DNA of 64,000 nucleotides from contig CAVRVY010000001.1 in assembly GCA_963724765.1 (NCBI GenBank), forward strand, positions 544,001 to 608,000, in the 5' to 3' direction. This document shows positions 1-10,448 of the stretch, piece after piece; positions within the stretch are counted from its first letter, which is position 1, and every line of letters begins with the position of its first letter. The stretch comes from an uncultured delta proteobacterium. GTDB lineage: Bacteria; Desulfobacterota; Binatia; Binatales; Binataceae. The notes under the pieces are model-generated. The model had not been told where the DNA came from and made no database searches. It saw nothing but the letters and a program-made list of their open reading frames with translations. Position numbers and translations under genes: made by a program.

Positions 1-1446
1 CAAGCCGTGCGCGGAGGCCACGCCCGGGTTGGGCGGCACTATCACCTTGTGCATCCCCAGCCACTCGGCCAGGTAACAGGCGTGCAGCGGACCGGCACCG
101 CCAAAAGCGACCAGCGAGTATTCGCGCGGATCGCGTCCCCGTTTGACCGAGACGGTGCGGATCCCGGCGGCGACGTTTTCCATCGCGACCCGCAGGACCC
201 CTTCGGCGGCGGCGGTCACGCTGAGACCCAACGCCACGCCAATGGGTTCCATGGCGCGGACCGCCTTGTCGCGATCGAGCCTCAAGGCTCCGCCCGCCAG
301 GCCCTGCACAATGCGCCCCAGTATGATGTTAGCGTCGGTGACGGTCGCTTCCGTGCCGCCGCGCCCATAGCAGGCGGGGCCAGGAGTTGACCCTGCGCTT
401 TGCGGCCCCACTCTAAGGCTGCGGCCACCCGCCATCCATACGATCGACCCGCCGCCGGCGCCTACCGTGTGGAGATCGATCATAGGCGTTTTGACGTCAT
501 AGATGCCGACCTTACCCTCGGTCAGCATGCGCGGGGTGCCTTCTTCGACCAGGCAGATGTCGGTCGAGGTGCCGCCCATGTCGAGAGTGATCACATTGGC
601 GGAGCCCGCGAGTTGGGCATAATGGGTGGCGGCGACCACGCCCGCGGCCGGCCCGGAGAGCGCGGCAGCGATCGGGAGGCTCGAGATTTCCTGCGCCTGC
701 GCCAGGCCGCCGCTGGACCGCATGATGCGAAAGGGGGCATTTATCCCGCGCCCCTGCAAGGCGGTCTCGATCCGCTCGTGATAGGTGGACAGCAACGGCA
801 TCAAGGCCGTGTTGAGGCAGGTGGTGTTGGTTCGTTCGTACTCGCGATACTCGCGGAGAATTTCCGAAGAAATCGAAATGCGGCATTCGGGATAGACCTC
901 GGCGATGAGATCGCGGACGTGCTCTTCGTGGCTTGGGTCACGGTAGGCGTGGAGCAGCGAAACCGCGATCGCGTGAACTCCCAACCGTTTGAACTCGCGG
1001 GCGAACTCACGAATTTGATCGGGCTCCACGGGGCGGACCTCGCGTCCGGCGACATCCATCCGCGCGCTGGTCTCGCGCACCAGTTCGAGGGGAACGACGC
1101 GCGGCGGCTTGATCCAGGTCGTGATGTCGCCGAATTCGCCCGGCACGGTCTGGCGCGCGCATTCCAGCACCTCGCGGTAGCCGCCGGTGACGATCAACCC
1201 CAGCACGTCGTACTTGCGCTCGAGGATTGCGTTGGTAGCCACCGTGGTGCCATGGAAGACCCCGCTGATCTCGGCGGGCGAAATTCTTGCGGCGGCGCGA
1301 ATCTCATCCACGCCCTCGATGAATCCCATGGAAGGATCCGCGGGAGTCGTGCGCACCTTGAGCAAATGTATGCGGCCGCTCGCCTCGTCGAGTGCAACCA
1401 GGTCCGTGAAGGTCCCGCCGATATCGATTGCCAGACGCCAAGCCAT
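1..1446 (-). CDS. Hydantoinase/5-oxoprolinase subunit A family protein (paralog 3), runs off the left edge
   Basis: Not in the ORF track; translated by hand: MAWRLAIDIGGTFTDLV...HGTTVATNAILERK...REYERTNTT...SGPAAGV...LDMGGTSTD...GAGGGSI...GPQSAGSTPGPACYG. AGGAGG RBS before the ATG at 1446. Confidence 0.93.
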   Translation of the reverse strand, partial: MAWRLAIDIGGTFTDLVALDEASGRIHLLKVRTTPADPSMGFIEGVDEIRAAARISPAEISGVFHGTTVATNAILERKYDVLGLIVTGGYREVLECARQTVPGEFGDITTWIKPPRVVPLELVRETSARMDVAGREVRPVEPDQIREFAREFKRLGVHAIAVSLLHAYRDPSHEEHVRDLIAEVYPECRISISSEILREYREYERTNTTCLNTALMPLLSTYHERIETALQGRGINAPFRIMRSSGGLAQAQEISSLPIAAALSGPAAGVVAATHYAQLAGSANVITLDMGGTSTDICLVEEGTPRMLTEGKVGIYDVKTPMIDLHTVGAGGGSIVWMAGGRSLRVGPQSAGSTPGPACYGRGGTEATVTDANIILGRIVQGLAGGALRLDRDKAVRAMEPIGVALGLSVTAAAEGVLRVAMENVAAGIRTVSVKRGRDPREYSLVAFGGAGPLHACYLAEWLGMHKVIVPPNPGVASAHGL

Positions 1447-1470
1447 CGCTCCTCCTAACAGTTTGGCCGT

Positions 1471-3558
1471 TTATATACGTGACTTCGGTTCGCGGCTCAG
1501 CGCCAGCATCCCAACCGGGCTCATCGTGACTTGCCATCCGGGCGGGACAACCAGCGTCGCATCCTGCTGCTCGATGACCGCAGGCCCCGGTGTCCGCGAG
1601 CCGCTGCCAAGATCCTCCGCCGCGTAGATCGAACATCGGCAGCTCGCGCCCGTCTCGACAAAAAAAACGTCCCGCCGGGCGCGCGGCCGCGCCTCCGGTC
1701 GCGTGGCGATCTCAGGCAGCCGTGGCCGCGGAATCAGACCCTTGCCCGAGACGCGCAAGGCGACCAGCTCCACCTCGTGATCGGCTGGCCGCGAAAAGCC
1801 GAAACGCGCGGCGAAGCGCTCGCGAAATCGCGCCGCGGCCTCGGCGAGCACAACGCCGGTATCGCAGTGCTGCGCCAGTGAAATAGTGATTTCAGTCGCG
1901 AGTCCAGCGAAACGGAAATCGGCGCTGCGATCGAGCTGGCGGCGCTGGTCCGGAACTCGCTCCCGATCTAGTTCGGCGCTCACCTCACGCTCGAGCTCCG
2001 CAAGCGTCCGCTCGACCAGCGCCCGGTTCGGCTGTCCCATCGGCTCCATCACGCTGCACCCACGAATCGTCTGAAAGTCGGCGGCCAGCAGGCCCAGTGC
2101 AGCCGCCAGACCCGGCTTGGGCGGAAGCAGCACCCGATCCATCCCCAGCAGGGCGGCCAGATGCGCGGCGTGCAATCCCGCCGCTCCGCCCATCGCCATC
2201 AGGGCGAACCCACTTGCTTCGAGGCCGGCCAACGCGAGCGTGCGGCGGATGGCCGAGCAAAGCTGCTGGGAAGCGATCTCGATGATCCCGCAAGCGACGC
2301 GCTGGGGATCGAGTCCGCGATCCTGCGCCAAGCGGGTGAGCGCGGCGCTGGCGGAAGCCCGTGAGAGCTCAAGTGTGCCGCCCGCCAGGACTTCAGGCAG
2401 CCGGCCGAGCATCAGATGGGCGTCGGTGACAGTTGCCTCTACGCCGCCTGTTCCGTAGCAAGCGGGTCCCGGCATAGCGCCCGCGCTGCGGGGTCCTACG
2501 CACAAGCCACCAGTTGAACCCCAGGTGGCAATCGATCCGCCGCCGGCCGCAATCGAGCGAACGTCGACCGCCGCGCTGAAGAGCGGATAGCCTGCTACCG
2601 AGCGAACCACCTTGGCCTCGAATTCGTGGCGTTCGATAAGGCCGATGTCCGCCGAGGTGCCGCCCATGTCCAGCGTCACCAGGTCGCCATAGCCGGCCAG
2701 GCTGCCAAGCCAGGCCGCTCCCACCACGGCCGCGCTCGGACCGGAAAGTGCCGTATCGAGCGGTCGCTCCAGCGCTCCGCGTGCGCTGGCCAAACCGCCG
2801 CTGGCCTGCATCACCATCAGGGGAGCATCGCCCGGCAGCGAGTGGCGGTTCTCGAACGCACCTCGATCCGTAAGACCTGCCGTGAGACTTGTAAGATAGG
2901 CCGCCATCAGGGACTTAAGTGCCGCGTTGGCGCCGGTGGCGGCGGTGCGCGCATACTCGGCCGCGCGCCGGCTGATCTCGCAAGAGAGCAATACCTGCGC
3001 CCCGGCCATCTCCTCGCTGAGGATCTGTTTGACGCGCAGTTCGTGAGCCGGGTTGGCATAGCTGTGCAGAAGGGAGACGGCGATGGTGGCGATACCGCTA
3101 ATGCGAAACCCTCGCGCGGCGCGCCTTATCGTGTCTTCGTCCAGGCCACGGATGACACTGCCGTCGGCGGCAATTCGCTCGTCGACTTCCTGAACTAGTT
3201 CAGGCGGGACAATTGGCTTCCTATTTCGGTCCGGTTCGCCCGGTTGCAAATCAGCCTCGGTGCCGCCGCTGCCGCCAACGCCCAGAATTTCGCGGAAGCC
3301 GCGCGTGACGATCAGTCCAACGGCGGGTAGCTTTCCTTCCAACAGTGCGTTGGTCGCCAGCGTGGTGCTGTGAAGCAGGGTCGTGGCGCGCGCGCCATGC
3401 GGCGTCACCCGGGCTATCGCCGCGGCAATCGCGGCGCGCGGATCGCCGCCGGTATTCGGCACCTTCGCCCATCGCAGCCCGCCTTCTGCATCCAACGCAA
3501 GTGCGTCTATGAAGGTGCCACCCACGTCGACGGCGATCCTGGTCGCGGTCGATCTCAC
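1471..3558 (-). CDS. Hydantoinase/5-oxoprolinase subunit A family protein (paralog 2, divergent)
   Basis: DVGGTFID, HSTTLATNALLE, SGPSAAV, DMGGTSAD and GPRSAGAMPGPACYG motifs. The GTG at 3558 overlaps the upstream TGA (GTGA coupling). Confidence 0.9.
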   Translation of the reverse strand: MRSTATRIAVDVGGTFIDALALDAEGGLRWAKVPNTGGDPRAAIAAAIARVTPHGARATTLLHSTTLATNALLEGKLPAVGLIVTRGFREILGVGGSGGTEADLQPGEPDRNRKPIVPPELVQEVDERIAADGSVIRGLDEDTIRRAARGFRISGIATIAVSLLHSYANPAHELRVKQILSEEMAGAQVLLSCEISRRAAEYARTAATGANAALKSLMAAYLTSLTAGLTDRGAFENRHSLPGDAPLMVMQASGGLASARGALERPLDTALSGPSAAVVGAAWLGSLAGYGDLVTLDMGGTSADIGLIERHEFEAKVVRSVAGYPLFSAAVDVRSIAAGGGSIATWGSTGGLCVGPRSAGAMPGPACYGTGGVEATVTDAHLMLGRLPEVLAGGTLELSRASASAALTRLAQDRGLDPQRVACGIIEIASQQLCSAIRRTLALAGLEASGFALMAMGGAAGLHAAHLAALLGMDRVLLPPKPGLAAALGLLAADFQTIRGCSVMEPMGQPNRALVERTLAELEREVSAELDRERVPDQRRQLDRSADFRFAGLATEITISLAQHCDTGVVLAEAAARFRERFAARFGFSRPADHEVELVALRVSGKGLIPRPRLPEIATRPEARPRARRDVFFVETGASCRCSIYAAEDLGSGSRTPGPAVIEQQDATLVVPPGWQVTMSPVGMLALSREPKSRI

Positions 3559-4682
3559 ACTCCACTCCATCGGCGCGCTATCGTTTCATAGATGTTCGCG
3601 GCCGCTTCAATCATGTCCACCGTGCAATACTCATCGGTCTGATGCGCCAGCGTCATATCGCCCGGTCCAAGGATTACCGTCGGAGCGCCATCGAAGGCAG
3701 GCTTGAGCGCAGCGGCGTCGGTGAAGTAGGGCGCCCCGCGCGGCTCCAGCTTCTCTCCGACAATAGGCTCCATGATTTCGAAGATTTCCCGGATCCAGGG
3801 CTCGCCGGCGTCGGTCCATACGCCGGGCACGTTAACCACCGGTGTCACGGTTACCTGATCTCCCAGGTAGGCCTTGATGCGGCTGAGGAGCGTGTTGTGG
3901 TCCTGGCCGGGGATCGTGCGGATATCGATCGTAAACTCCGCGCGGTCGGGCACCGAGTTCAGATTCATGCCGCCTCTCATCGTACCGACATTGAGCGTCG
4001 GAGCGCCCAGCAGTGGATGAGGAGCCACGTCGAAACTGAATCGTTCGATCGCGCCAATCGCGCGGGCCGCCTTATAGATCGCGTTGACCCCGAGATGGGG
4101 CATCGAGCCGTGAACGGTAACTCCCGTCGCCTCGGCCTGGAGCCAGAGCGCGCCCCTATGGCCGACAATCGGATAGTTGGAAGTCGGCTCGGCGATGACC
4201 AGGGCGCGCGCGTCTCGCACGGCCTGGGTCCGCGCAAGATCGAAGCTGCCCTGGCAGCCCGTCTCCTCGCCGGCCACCGAGACGAACAGCACGTCGGCCT
4301 TGCCCCGTGGCAGCCGAGCCAATTGGAGCGCAGTCCAAACATATGCCGCGACGCCGGCCTTCATGTCGGTCGTACCACGGCCGTAAATCTTCCCGTCTGA
4401 AATCTCACCGGCAAAAGGGTCCTTGCTCCAGGGCTTGGCGCCAAGCGGCACAGTGTCGATATGCCCGCCGAAGCAAATCGGGGCCTTTCCACCGGCACCC
4501 GCAAGCCGTGCAACGATGCTGGTCCGGCCATCGGCAAACTCGTGATAGCTTACCTGCAAACCCGCATCCTGCAGCAGTTTGCCGACATACTGCGCACATT
4601 CGAGCTCCCGCCCTGGCGGATTCATCGTTTCGATTTGGACCAGCTCACGGGTGATTTCGAGCGGTGTCTTGTTCATAGCCAT
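3555..4682 (-). CDS. M20 family metallo-amidohydrolase (ArgE/DapE-like)
   Basis: GHIDTVP, GRGTTDMKAG, GEETG, IAEPT, HGSMPHLGVNAI and AHQTDE motifs; AGGAG RBS. Confidence 0.92.
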   Translation of the reverse strand: MAMNKTPLEITRELVQIETMNPPGRELECAQYVGKLLQDAGLQVSYHEFADGRTSIVARLAGAGGKAPICFGGHIDTVPLGAKPWSKDPFAGEISDGKIYGRGTTDMKAGVAAYVWTALQLARLPRGKADVLFVSVAGEETGCQGSFDLARTQAVRDARALVIAEPTSNYPIVGHRGALWLQAEATGVTVHGSMPHLGVNAIYKAARAIGAIERFSFDVAPHPLLGAPTLNVGTMRGGMNLNSVPDRAEFTIDIRTIPGQDHNTLLSRIKAYLGDQVTVTPVVNVPGVWTDAGEPWIREIFEIMEPIVGEKLEPRGAPYFTDAAALKPAFDGAPTVILGPGDMTLAHQTDEYCTVDMIEAAANIYETIARRWSGV

Positions 4683-4749
4683 ACGTTCGCTCCTCGGACT
4701 GCCCGTGCCCGGCCGATCCTTTGCACGGTCGACAGATCTCCCAGCCCGC

Positions 4750-6795
4750 TCAGGCCTCCGTTATATGTAGAAACCCCAAATCGTCCACGCGAACCTGCTG
4801 GCCCGGATGGACCAAAGTTGTGGAGGACGCCTCCTCGACAATCAACGGACCAAACGCGGTGAAATCTGGGGGCAACAGTTCGCGTTCGAGGACGACCGCC
4901 TCATGGCTGCCCTCCTCGGCGAATTCGACGATGCGCTGGCCCTTGCGGGCCGCTTGTGCCGAGCGCCCCTCAGCGCTTATCCGCCCAAGCTGCGGCCGCG
5001 GCACCCGTTCGACGGCGGTGAGACGGAAGGTAACGAACTCGACCGGCGTTTCGGGCAGGCGAAAGGTGTAGACGCGCTCGTGTGCATCGTGAAAGTCACG
5101 CAGAATATCTTCGACCGTGGAGCGTTCGATATTGACCGGGACAGTTACGGAATGCTCCTGACCGAGATAGCGAAGGTCGATTCTGTATTCGAAGGCAAGC
5201 GCATTATCTGCCGGATGCTGCTCGGTGCGCAGAGACATCCGCGCCTCCTGTCTCAGACTCGCGAACAGCTCCAGAATGTCGTGAATTCCGATTGACTCCG
5301 CGCGACGAAGCGACGTCTGCGTGAAGTCTCGCCGCGGCTCGGTCACCAGCATTCCCCACGCCGAAAACAGACCGGGGTAAAGCGGAACTATAATTGATCT
5401 GACTCCGAGCTCACGCCCCAGCGCCCCCGCATGCATCGCTCCACCACCGCCGCCAACCACCAACACGAAGTCCCTTGGATCGTGGCCACGTTGAATCGAG
5501 ACCAGTTTGAGAGCCTCGATCATGCTCGCATCGACCAGGCGTATAACGGCAACGGCCGCCTCCATCACATTGGTCCTGAGCCTGTCGGCGACCTTGCGCA
5601 TGGCCCGTTTGGCCCGTTCGATATCGAGTTTGAGACGGCCCGCCGCGAAGTAGTCGGGGTTCAAAACGCCTGTAATGAGCTTCGCGTCCGTTACCGTTGG
5701 TTCTTCGCCCCCAAGGGCATAGCAAGCCGGGCCCGGATCGGCGCCGGCACTTAGGGGGCCCACGCGCAGCAAACCCGCAGTATCGAACCAGGCGATCGAA
5801 CCGCCGCCTGCTCCAATCTCAACGATATCGACGACCGGCACCCTGACCGGATAACCAAAGCGGTTGCGATCGTGTTCGAGTTTGTATTCGGTGGTCACTT
5901 TCGGCTGACCGTCTTCTATCGTCGAACACTTGGCCGTCGTTCCCCCGATGTCGAGGTAAATGGCATTGGGCTCGTGACAAAGCCGGCCCACCAGCACTCC
6001 ACCGTTGACGCCCGCCGCGGGCCCGGACTCGATGAGGGTGATGGGGTGCTCCTTGGCCCATTCAAAACTGGCTGTTCCACCGTTGGACTGCATCGCGGAG
6101 AAGGGACATCGAATCCCGATATCGGCCAGCGCCGACTGGAGCCGTCCGAAATACTGTTGCACGATAGGTTGCACGTACGCGTTGAGCACCGCCGTGTTTG
6201 CTCTCTCATACTCGCGCCACTCGCGCGTAATCTCGTGCGACGCCGTGATGGCAACCTCCGGCAGTCTCTCGCGCAGGAAAGCTGCGCAAGCGGCCTCATG
6301 CTCCGGCGCCGTGTAACTGTGCAGGAACTGGATAGCGATGGCTTCGATATTCTCGCTGCGGCATTGCGCGATTATCGGATCGAGGTCCTCGAGATGGAGC
6401 TGCTCGAGTTCCTTGCCCTGGGCGTCGACTCGTTCGCGGACCTCGAAGCGGTACCTGCGGCGCACAAATGGCGCTTCTTTCTCGAAGCGAAGATTGTAGA
6501 GATCGGGGCGATTCCCGCGAGCTATCTCCAGCACGTCGCGAAAACCGGCCGTGGTGATGAGTGCCGTTTTGGCACCCTTGCGCTCGGTGATGACATTGAT
6601 AACGGTGGTGCCGCCGTGAACAAAGAAGCCCACCTCGCCTGGAGGGATTTGTGAGAGCCGGATGGTATCGATCACGCCCTGCGTGAGTTCGCGAGGGGTG
6701 GTCAGCGATTTCGCGGTGCCCAGGTCACCCGTCGCTTCGTTAAAGTAGACGAGGTCAGTGAAGGTGCCACCGATATCAGAGGCCAGCCGCCACAC
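4750..6795 (-). CDS. Hydantoinase/5-oxoprolinase subunit A family protein (paralog 1)
   Basis: DIGGTFTD, HGGTTVIN, REYERANTAVLNAYV, ESGPAAG, DIGGTT and SAGADPGPACY motifs; overlaps the end of the subunit B gene. Confidence 0.95.
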   Translation of the reverse strand: MWRLASDIGGTFTDLVYFNEATGDLGTAKSLTTPRELTQGVIDTIRLSQIPPGEVGFFVHGGTTVINVITERKGAKTALITTAGFRDVLEIARGNRPDLYNLRFEKEAPFVRRRYRFEVRERVDAQGKELEQLHLEDLDPIIAQCRSENIEAIAIQFLHSYTAPEHEAACAAFLRERLPEVAITASHEITREWREYERANTAVLNAYVQPIVQQYFGRLQSALADIGIRCPFSAMQSNGGTASFEWAKEHPITLIESGPAAGVNGGVLVGRLCHEPNAIYLDIGGTTAKCSTIEDGQPKVTTEYKLEHDRNRFGYPVRVPVVDIVEIGAGGGSIAWFDTAGLLRVGPLSAGADPGPACYALGGEEPTVTDAKLITGVLNPDYFAAGRLKLDIERAKRAMRKVADRLRTNVMEAAVAVIRLVDASMIEALKLVSIQRGHDPRDFVLVVGGGGGAMHAGALGRELGVRSIIVPLYPGLFSAWGMLVTEPRRDFTQTSLRRAESIGIHDILELFASLRQEARMSLRTEQHPADNALAFEYRIDLRYLGQEHSVTVPVNIERSTVEDILRDFHDAHERVYTFRLPETPVEFVTFRLTAVERVPRPQLGRISAEGRSAQAARKGQRIVEFAEEGSHEAVVLERELLPPDFTAFGPLIVEEASSTTLVHPGQQVRVDDLGFLHITEA

Positions 6796-8596
6796 GTGCG
6801 CGCTCCATCAGTCCGTCACGCAGTTTGCGCGTCGCTGCCTCGTTCAAGGTCCCGCCGGGTCTTATAACGACGCCGTACTGGGCGCGAGCCTGGCGCGCTG
6901 TGATATAGCCATCGCGCACATCCTCGAACACTTGCGGCGCAGGTCGAGTCAAAGGATCGCCGTATCCGCCACCGCCACCGGTAACCTCCTTGACCCGGTC
7001 GCCCAGTTGCAGAGTGGTAATGGGCTTGCGTGCGCCCCGCCAGCGTTTGCCGTTACTCAGCACTTCGAAATAGTTGCACGACCCCTGCCCGCCGCTATCG
7101 AGTCCCCAAGGCCGCTCGATCGAACGCCCGAAACTTGCCGACAGCAACGTATTGGGAGCCAGCATTTCGTACTCGCGCATCACACCAAAACCGCCACGGT
7201 GTCGGCCCGCACCCACGCCACCCTCGACGTTGAGCCCATAGTGCACCACCCTCAAGGGGAACTTGGCTTCGAGCAGTTCGAGGGAATAATTGAAGGTGTC
7301 CCCGTTCGTGATAGCGCTCACGACGCTCGCGCCGTCTCTCACGTCGGTCGCTCCCCAACCGACCATATTTGGTTCCACCAGCACGAATGTTTCACCAGCT
7401 ACGGGGTCATGACCCGCGAGGACGGTTACGCACAAGCTGTTTGCACTACCCGCACTGAACCGCCCGGGCATCAGACGCGCCAGCGCCTTCCAGGCCAGTT
7501 CGGAGGCTTGCCCCGTGCCCTCGTAGTACCAGCCGACCGGGGCGGGCGGTACGGCCGTGAATACCGTTCCCTCAGGCGCGACCACTTTCATCGGTTTGAA
7601 GTACCCCTCGTTGGAGGGCGCCCGTGGATCGACAAGTGCTTTGAAAACGGTTTTGACCGCTGAGAAAAGGCCACCAGAGGAACAATTCACGGGACCCATA
7701 AGTTGCGGGCAGCATTCGGAGAAATCGAACGTCATCTCGTCGCCCTCAATCCGCACTTGGACCTTGACCGGGAAGCGCTCGTTCCTGATCCCGTCACCAT
7801 CGATCCAGTCAGTCGCTTCGTAAACACCGTCGGGCAAGGCTGCGACCGCGGCGCGGCTCAGCTTCTCACTGGTCTCGATAATATGGCGGAACGCCTCGCG
7901 CACCGTGGCGCTGCCGTATTTCGCGCACAGCTCCTGCATCCTGCGATCCGCGATTCGTACCGACGCCAGTTCCGCGTTGAGATCGCCGAGCGACATCTTT
8001 GGCAGGCGCACGTTCGCCGCGATGGTCTCGAACATATCGTCCTGTCGTTCGCCCTCCTTGTAGAGCCGGACCCCGGTGAAGCGAATACCCTCCTGGTAAA
8101 TCTCGGTGGCGTCCGCCGGCAGTGAACCGGCCATCTTGCCGCCTATGTCCGTCCAATGCGCGATGGAGATCGCGAAACCCAGGAGTTCATCGTTCACGAA
8201 GGTTGGCTTGATTATGGCGACATCATTTAGATGTGTCCCACCCTCGTAAGGGTTGTTGCTCATGTAGATGTCTCCGGGGCGGATCTGACCGGCGTACTTG
8301 CGTCTCACTACATCGACATGCAGAGCGAACGTGCCTGTGAAGACAGTTATGCCGTTGGTTTGAGCGACGAGCTGCCCCTCCGGATCGCAGAAGCCGCAGG
8401 CGAAATCCAGCACCTCATAAATGACCGGGCTCATCGCCGTCCGCGCGAGGACGATACCCATCTCGTCAGCCAGCGCGAGCAGTTTGCCACGGATTATCTC
8501 TAGCGTGACGGTGTCTACTAGCCGTTGCCGAGCACGATATTGCTTTGCTGCTTCAGGGGCGGTTTCGAGCATGGTTGAAGTATCTTCGATATCCAT
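6776..8596 (-). CDS. Hydantoinase B / oxoprolinase family protein
   Basis: SPVIYEVLDF, NNPYEGGTHLND, HWTDIGG, EIYQEG, GAGRHRGG and GGGGGYGDP motifs. Confidence 0.95.
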   Translation of the reverse strand: MDIEDTSTMLETAPEAAKQYRARQRLVDTVTLEIIRGKLLALADEMGIVLARTAMSPVIYEVLDFACGFCDPEGQLVAQTNGITVFTGTFALHVDVVRRKYAGQIRPGDIYMSNNPYEGGTHLNDVAIIKPTFVNDELLGFAISIAHWTDIGGKMAGSLPADATEIYQEGIRFTGVRLYKEGERQDDMFETIAANVRLPKMSLGDLNAELASVRIADRRMQELCAKYGSATVREAFRHIIETSEKLSRAAVAALPDGVYEATDWIDGDGIRNERFPVKVQVRIEGDEMTFDFSECCPQLMGPVNCSSGGLFSAVKTVFKALVDPRAPSNEGYFKPMKVVAPEGTVFTAVPPAPVGWYYEGTGQASELAWKALARLMPGRFSAGSANSLCVTVLAGHDPVAGETFVLVEPNMVGWGATDVRDGASVVSAITNGDTFNYSLELLEAKFPLRVVHYGLNVEGGVGAGRHRGGFGVMREYEMLAPNTLLSASFGRSIERPWGLDSGGQGSCNYFEVLSNGKRWRGARKPITTLQLGDRVKEVTGGGGGYGDPLTRPAPQVFEDVRDGYITARQARAQYGVVIRPGGTLNEAATRKLRDGLMERARVAAGL

Positions 8597-8777
8597 TAGT
8601 CGGCTCCTTTAAGGGCACACCGATACTGTTCTCGCTGGTCCCTGACAACAGAGCTGTCCTATTAGCCCTTGCAACGGACTTCCGCGATACCGCTTTCCGC
8701 TTGTTCCCTACTTCCAGCGATTGCTAGTCGCTAAAGGCGGAGATTCCTGCGAGATTTCCGAGCTTCTCGAGCTGTTC

Positions 8778-10295
8778 CTACCGATGCAATTGTTCGAGCT
8801 TGCTCAGGTCGAACAGACGGTCCGTGTCAGCAGGCGTGAGTAGCGGATGTCCTCCTGCATATCCGGGAATGATGGTCGCGTGCTTACTTTGAACATCGGT
8901 CGCTACCACACCATTGAAATCCAGCGCCCGCACTCCTTTATTGTCGCGCACGAATAGCGTGGTATCCCCAGAAAACCTGTATTGCCAGATGTTTGTCTTC
9001 CAAAGGTGTTTAGCCTTGTCAAACGGAAAGTGATAGAGGCAATACGAGGTTTGCGTATCAATAAACATCAGTGCCGCGCTGTATGTATGGCGGTATTTCG
9101 GCTCTCGTAATATGACAGCGGTTTTCCGTAACCTGTACCAATCATCCGGGATAGTTCCCATTGGACCGTAATAGTGTTCGAAATCATGCTTGATCCCTAT
9201 AGTACCTAGTACGTCCTTGAAGCCCAGGAACGTCCATTTCCAGTCCAGAACTCGGGCGTTGAACCCCCAAAAATCATCAAGCGTGAAGTCCGTGCCCAAA
9301 AGTGAATCCGACTTCACCTCAGTGGAAATTCGGCGTACGCGTCGTAAAACGGGAAGATAGGCCCACGAGTCGTCCGCGCGATGCGGGTCGAGATACCGGA
9401 TCTGCACGAACGCAGTACCGCGAATATCGAAGGGCGAATAAAAGCCGTCCCATTCTTTGAACTCTATGTCTTTGGCGCCGGGCAGTGGCAGATATCCCTT
9501 TGTCGGGCTATCCATGAACTCCGCGATATGGCTGTATTGAAAAAGTTGAAAGATGCCTTCGATGACACGCTCTACGTTTCCGCCACCCCCGAAGTAATGT
9601 CCAATATCTGGGGGAGCATAGCCGGTCTGGTCGGCGGTGCTAACAAACCAGTCGGTAGGTGGTTGCGTGTGGTCCCAGGGAGAATGAGTACCGCCCGGGC
9701 GCACGAGCACCCATGCGTTGAGATTGCGCACACCCCAGGCCCGAGGTCTCCAGTTGTAGTTCCACGCATCTTTGAGACCAGCCGTGGAATCGTCCAAGCG
9801 GATCTGACTCAAGGGGAAGGGCTGGCCGCAGACGTAGTCGAGTAGTTCGCCGTCTGGACCCAATCTTGTCTGTGAACTGTACTTTTCAGTACAATTCATG
9901 TATGCCTGGCTCGGGTTTAGGTCCTCGGGCGGAGCGATCTGCATATGCAGATCAGGGAAGTTAAGCATCTCATAGAAACCAGGAGGTACAAAGGCGCGCA
10001 GCCTAACGATATCTTTCTGGGTAAGCGTATCGCCGGGTTTGAAGTCGGGTTTGGCGTCCTGGTATTGCTTTAGCCAGTCCGCATAGTTTTTGACTGTATA
10101 GGTCTTAAGTTGATCCGGGATTCCGTCTCCAGCGGGAGGAGGCGGCTGATCCTGGCCATAGGCGACGATTCCAGAGACGTAGATCGCTAAGACCGCTATG
10201 GGCAAACCCGCTATCGTCCGGCTCAACAGTCGCCCAAGTGCCACTCTAGTTGTTGACCAACGGCTCATATAGGGAACCTCGGCAATCTGATCCAT
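8778..10295 (-). CDS. DUF1329-domain exported protein (outer-membrane lipoprotein-sorting-like)
   Basis: Hydrophobic signal-like segment ending AYG-QDQ; family-like DDSWAYLPVLRRVRRIS and SLLGTDFTLDDFWGF. Start moved to ATG 10295 because of an AGGAG RBS. Confidence 0.75.
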   Translation of the reverse strand: MDQIAEVPYMSRWSTTRVALGRLLSRTIAGLPIAVLAIYVSGIVAYGQDQPPPPAGDGIPDQLKTYTVKNYADWLKQYQDAKPDFKPGDTLTQKDIVRLRAFVPPGFYEMLNFPDLHMQIAPPEDLNPSQAYMNCTEKYSSQTRLGPDGELLDYVCGQPFPLSQIRLDDSTAGLKDAWNYNWRPRAWGVRNLNAWVLVRPGGTHSPWDHTQPPTDWFVSTADQTGYAPPDIGHYFGGGGNVERVIEGIFQLFQYSHIAEFMDSPTKGYLPLPGAKDIEFKEWDGFYSPFDIRGTAFVQIRYLDPHRADDSWAYLPVLRRVRRISTEVKSDSLLGTDFTLDDFWGFNARVLDWKWTFLGFKDVLGTIGIKHDFEHYYGPMGTIPDDWYRLRKTAVILREPKYRHTYSAALMFIDTQTSYCLYHFPFDKAKHLWKTNIWQYRFSGDTTLFVRDNKGVRALDFNGVVATDVQSKHATIIPGYAGGHPLLTPADTDRLFDLSKLEQLHR

Positions 10296-10448
10296 CGCTC
10301 TCTCCTTGCTAGGCGATACAAAAGTCTCCGGACAAACTCTGGAGTACCACTTTCTGTCGCTTGTTACTTCTCCCAGTTTCTCCATGAGCGCATTCCGTAC
10401 TGTCATGCGGACGGCCTCTGATTGAGCGGTGCACGCGGCATCCGGGAG

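Noticed and set aside
400-1458. 352-aa plus-strand ORF (and 7..390)
   Set aside because: Antisense shadow of the minus-strand hydantoinase A gene, which the ORF track missed because it runs off the window edge.
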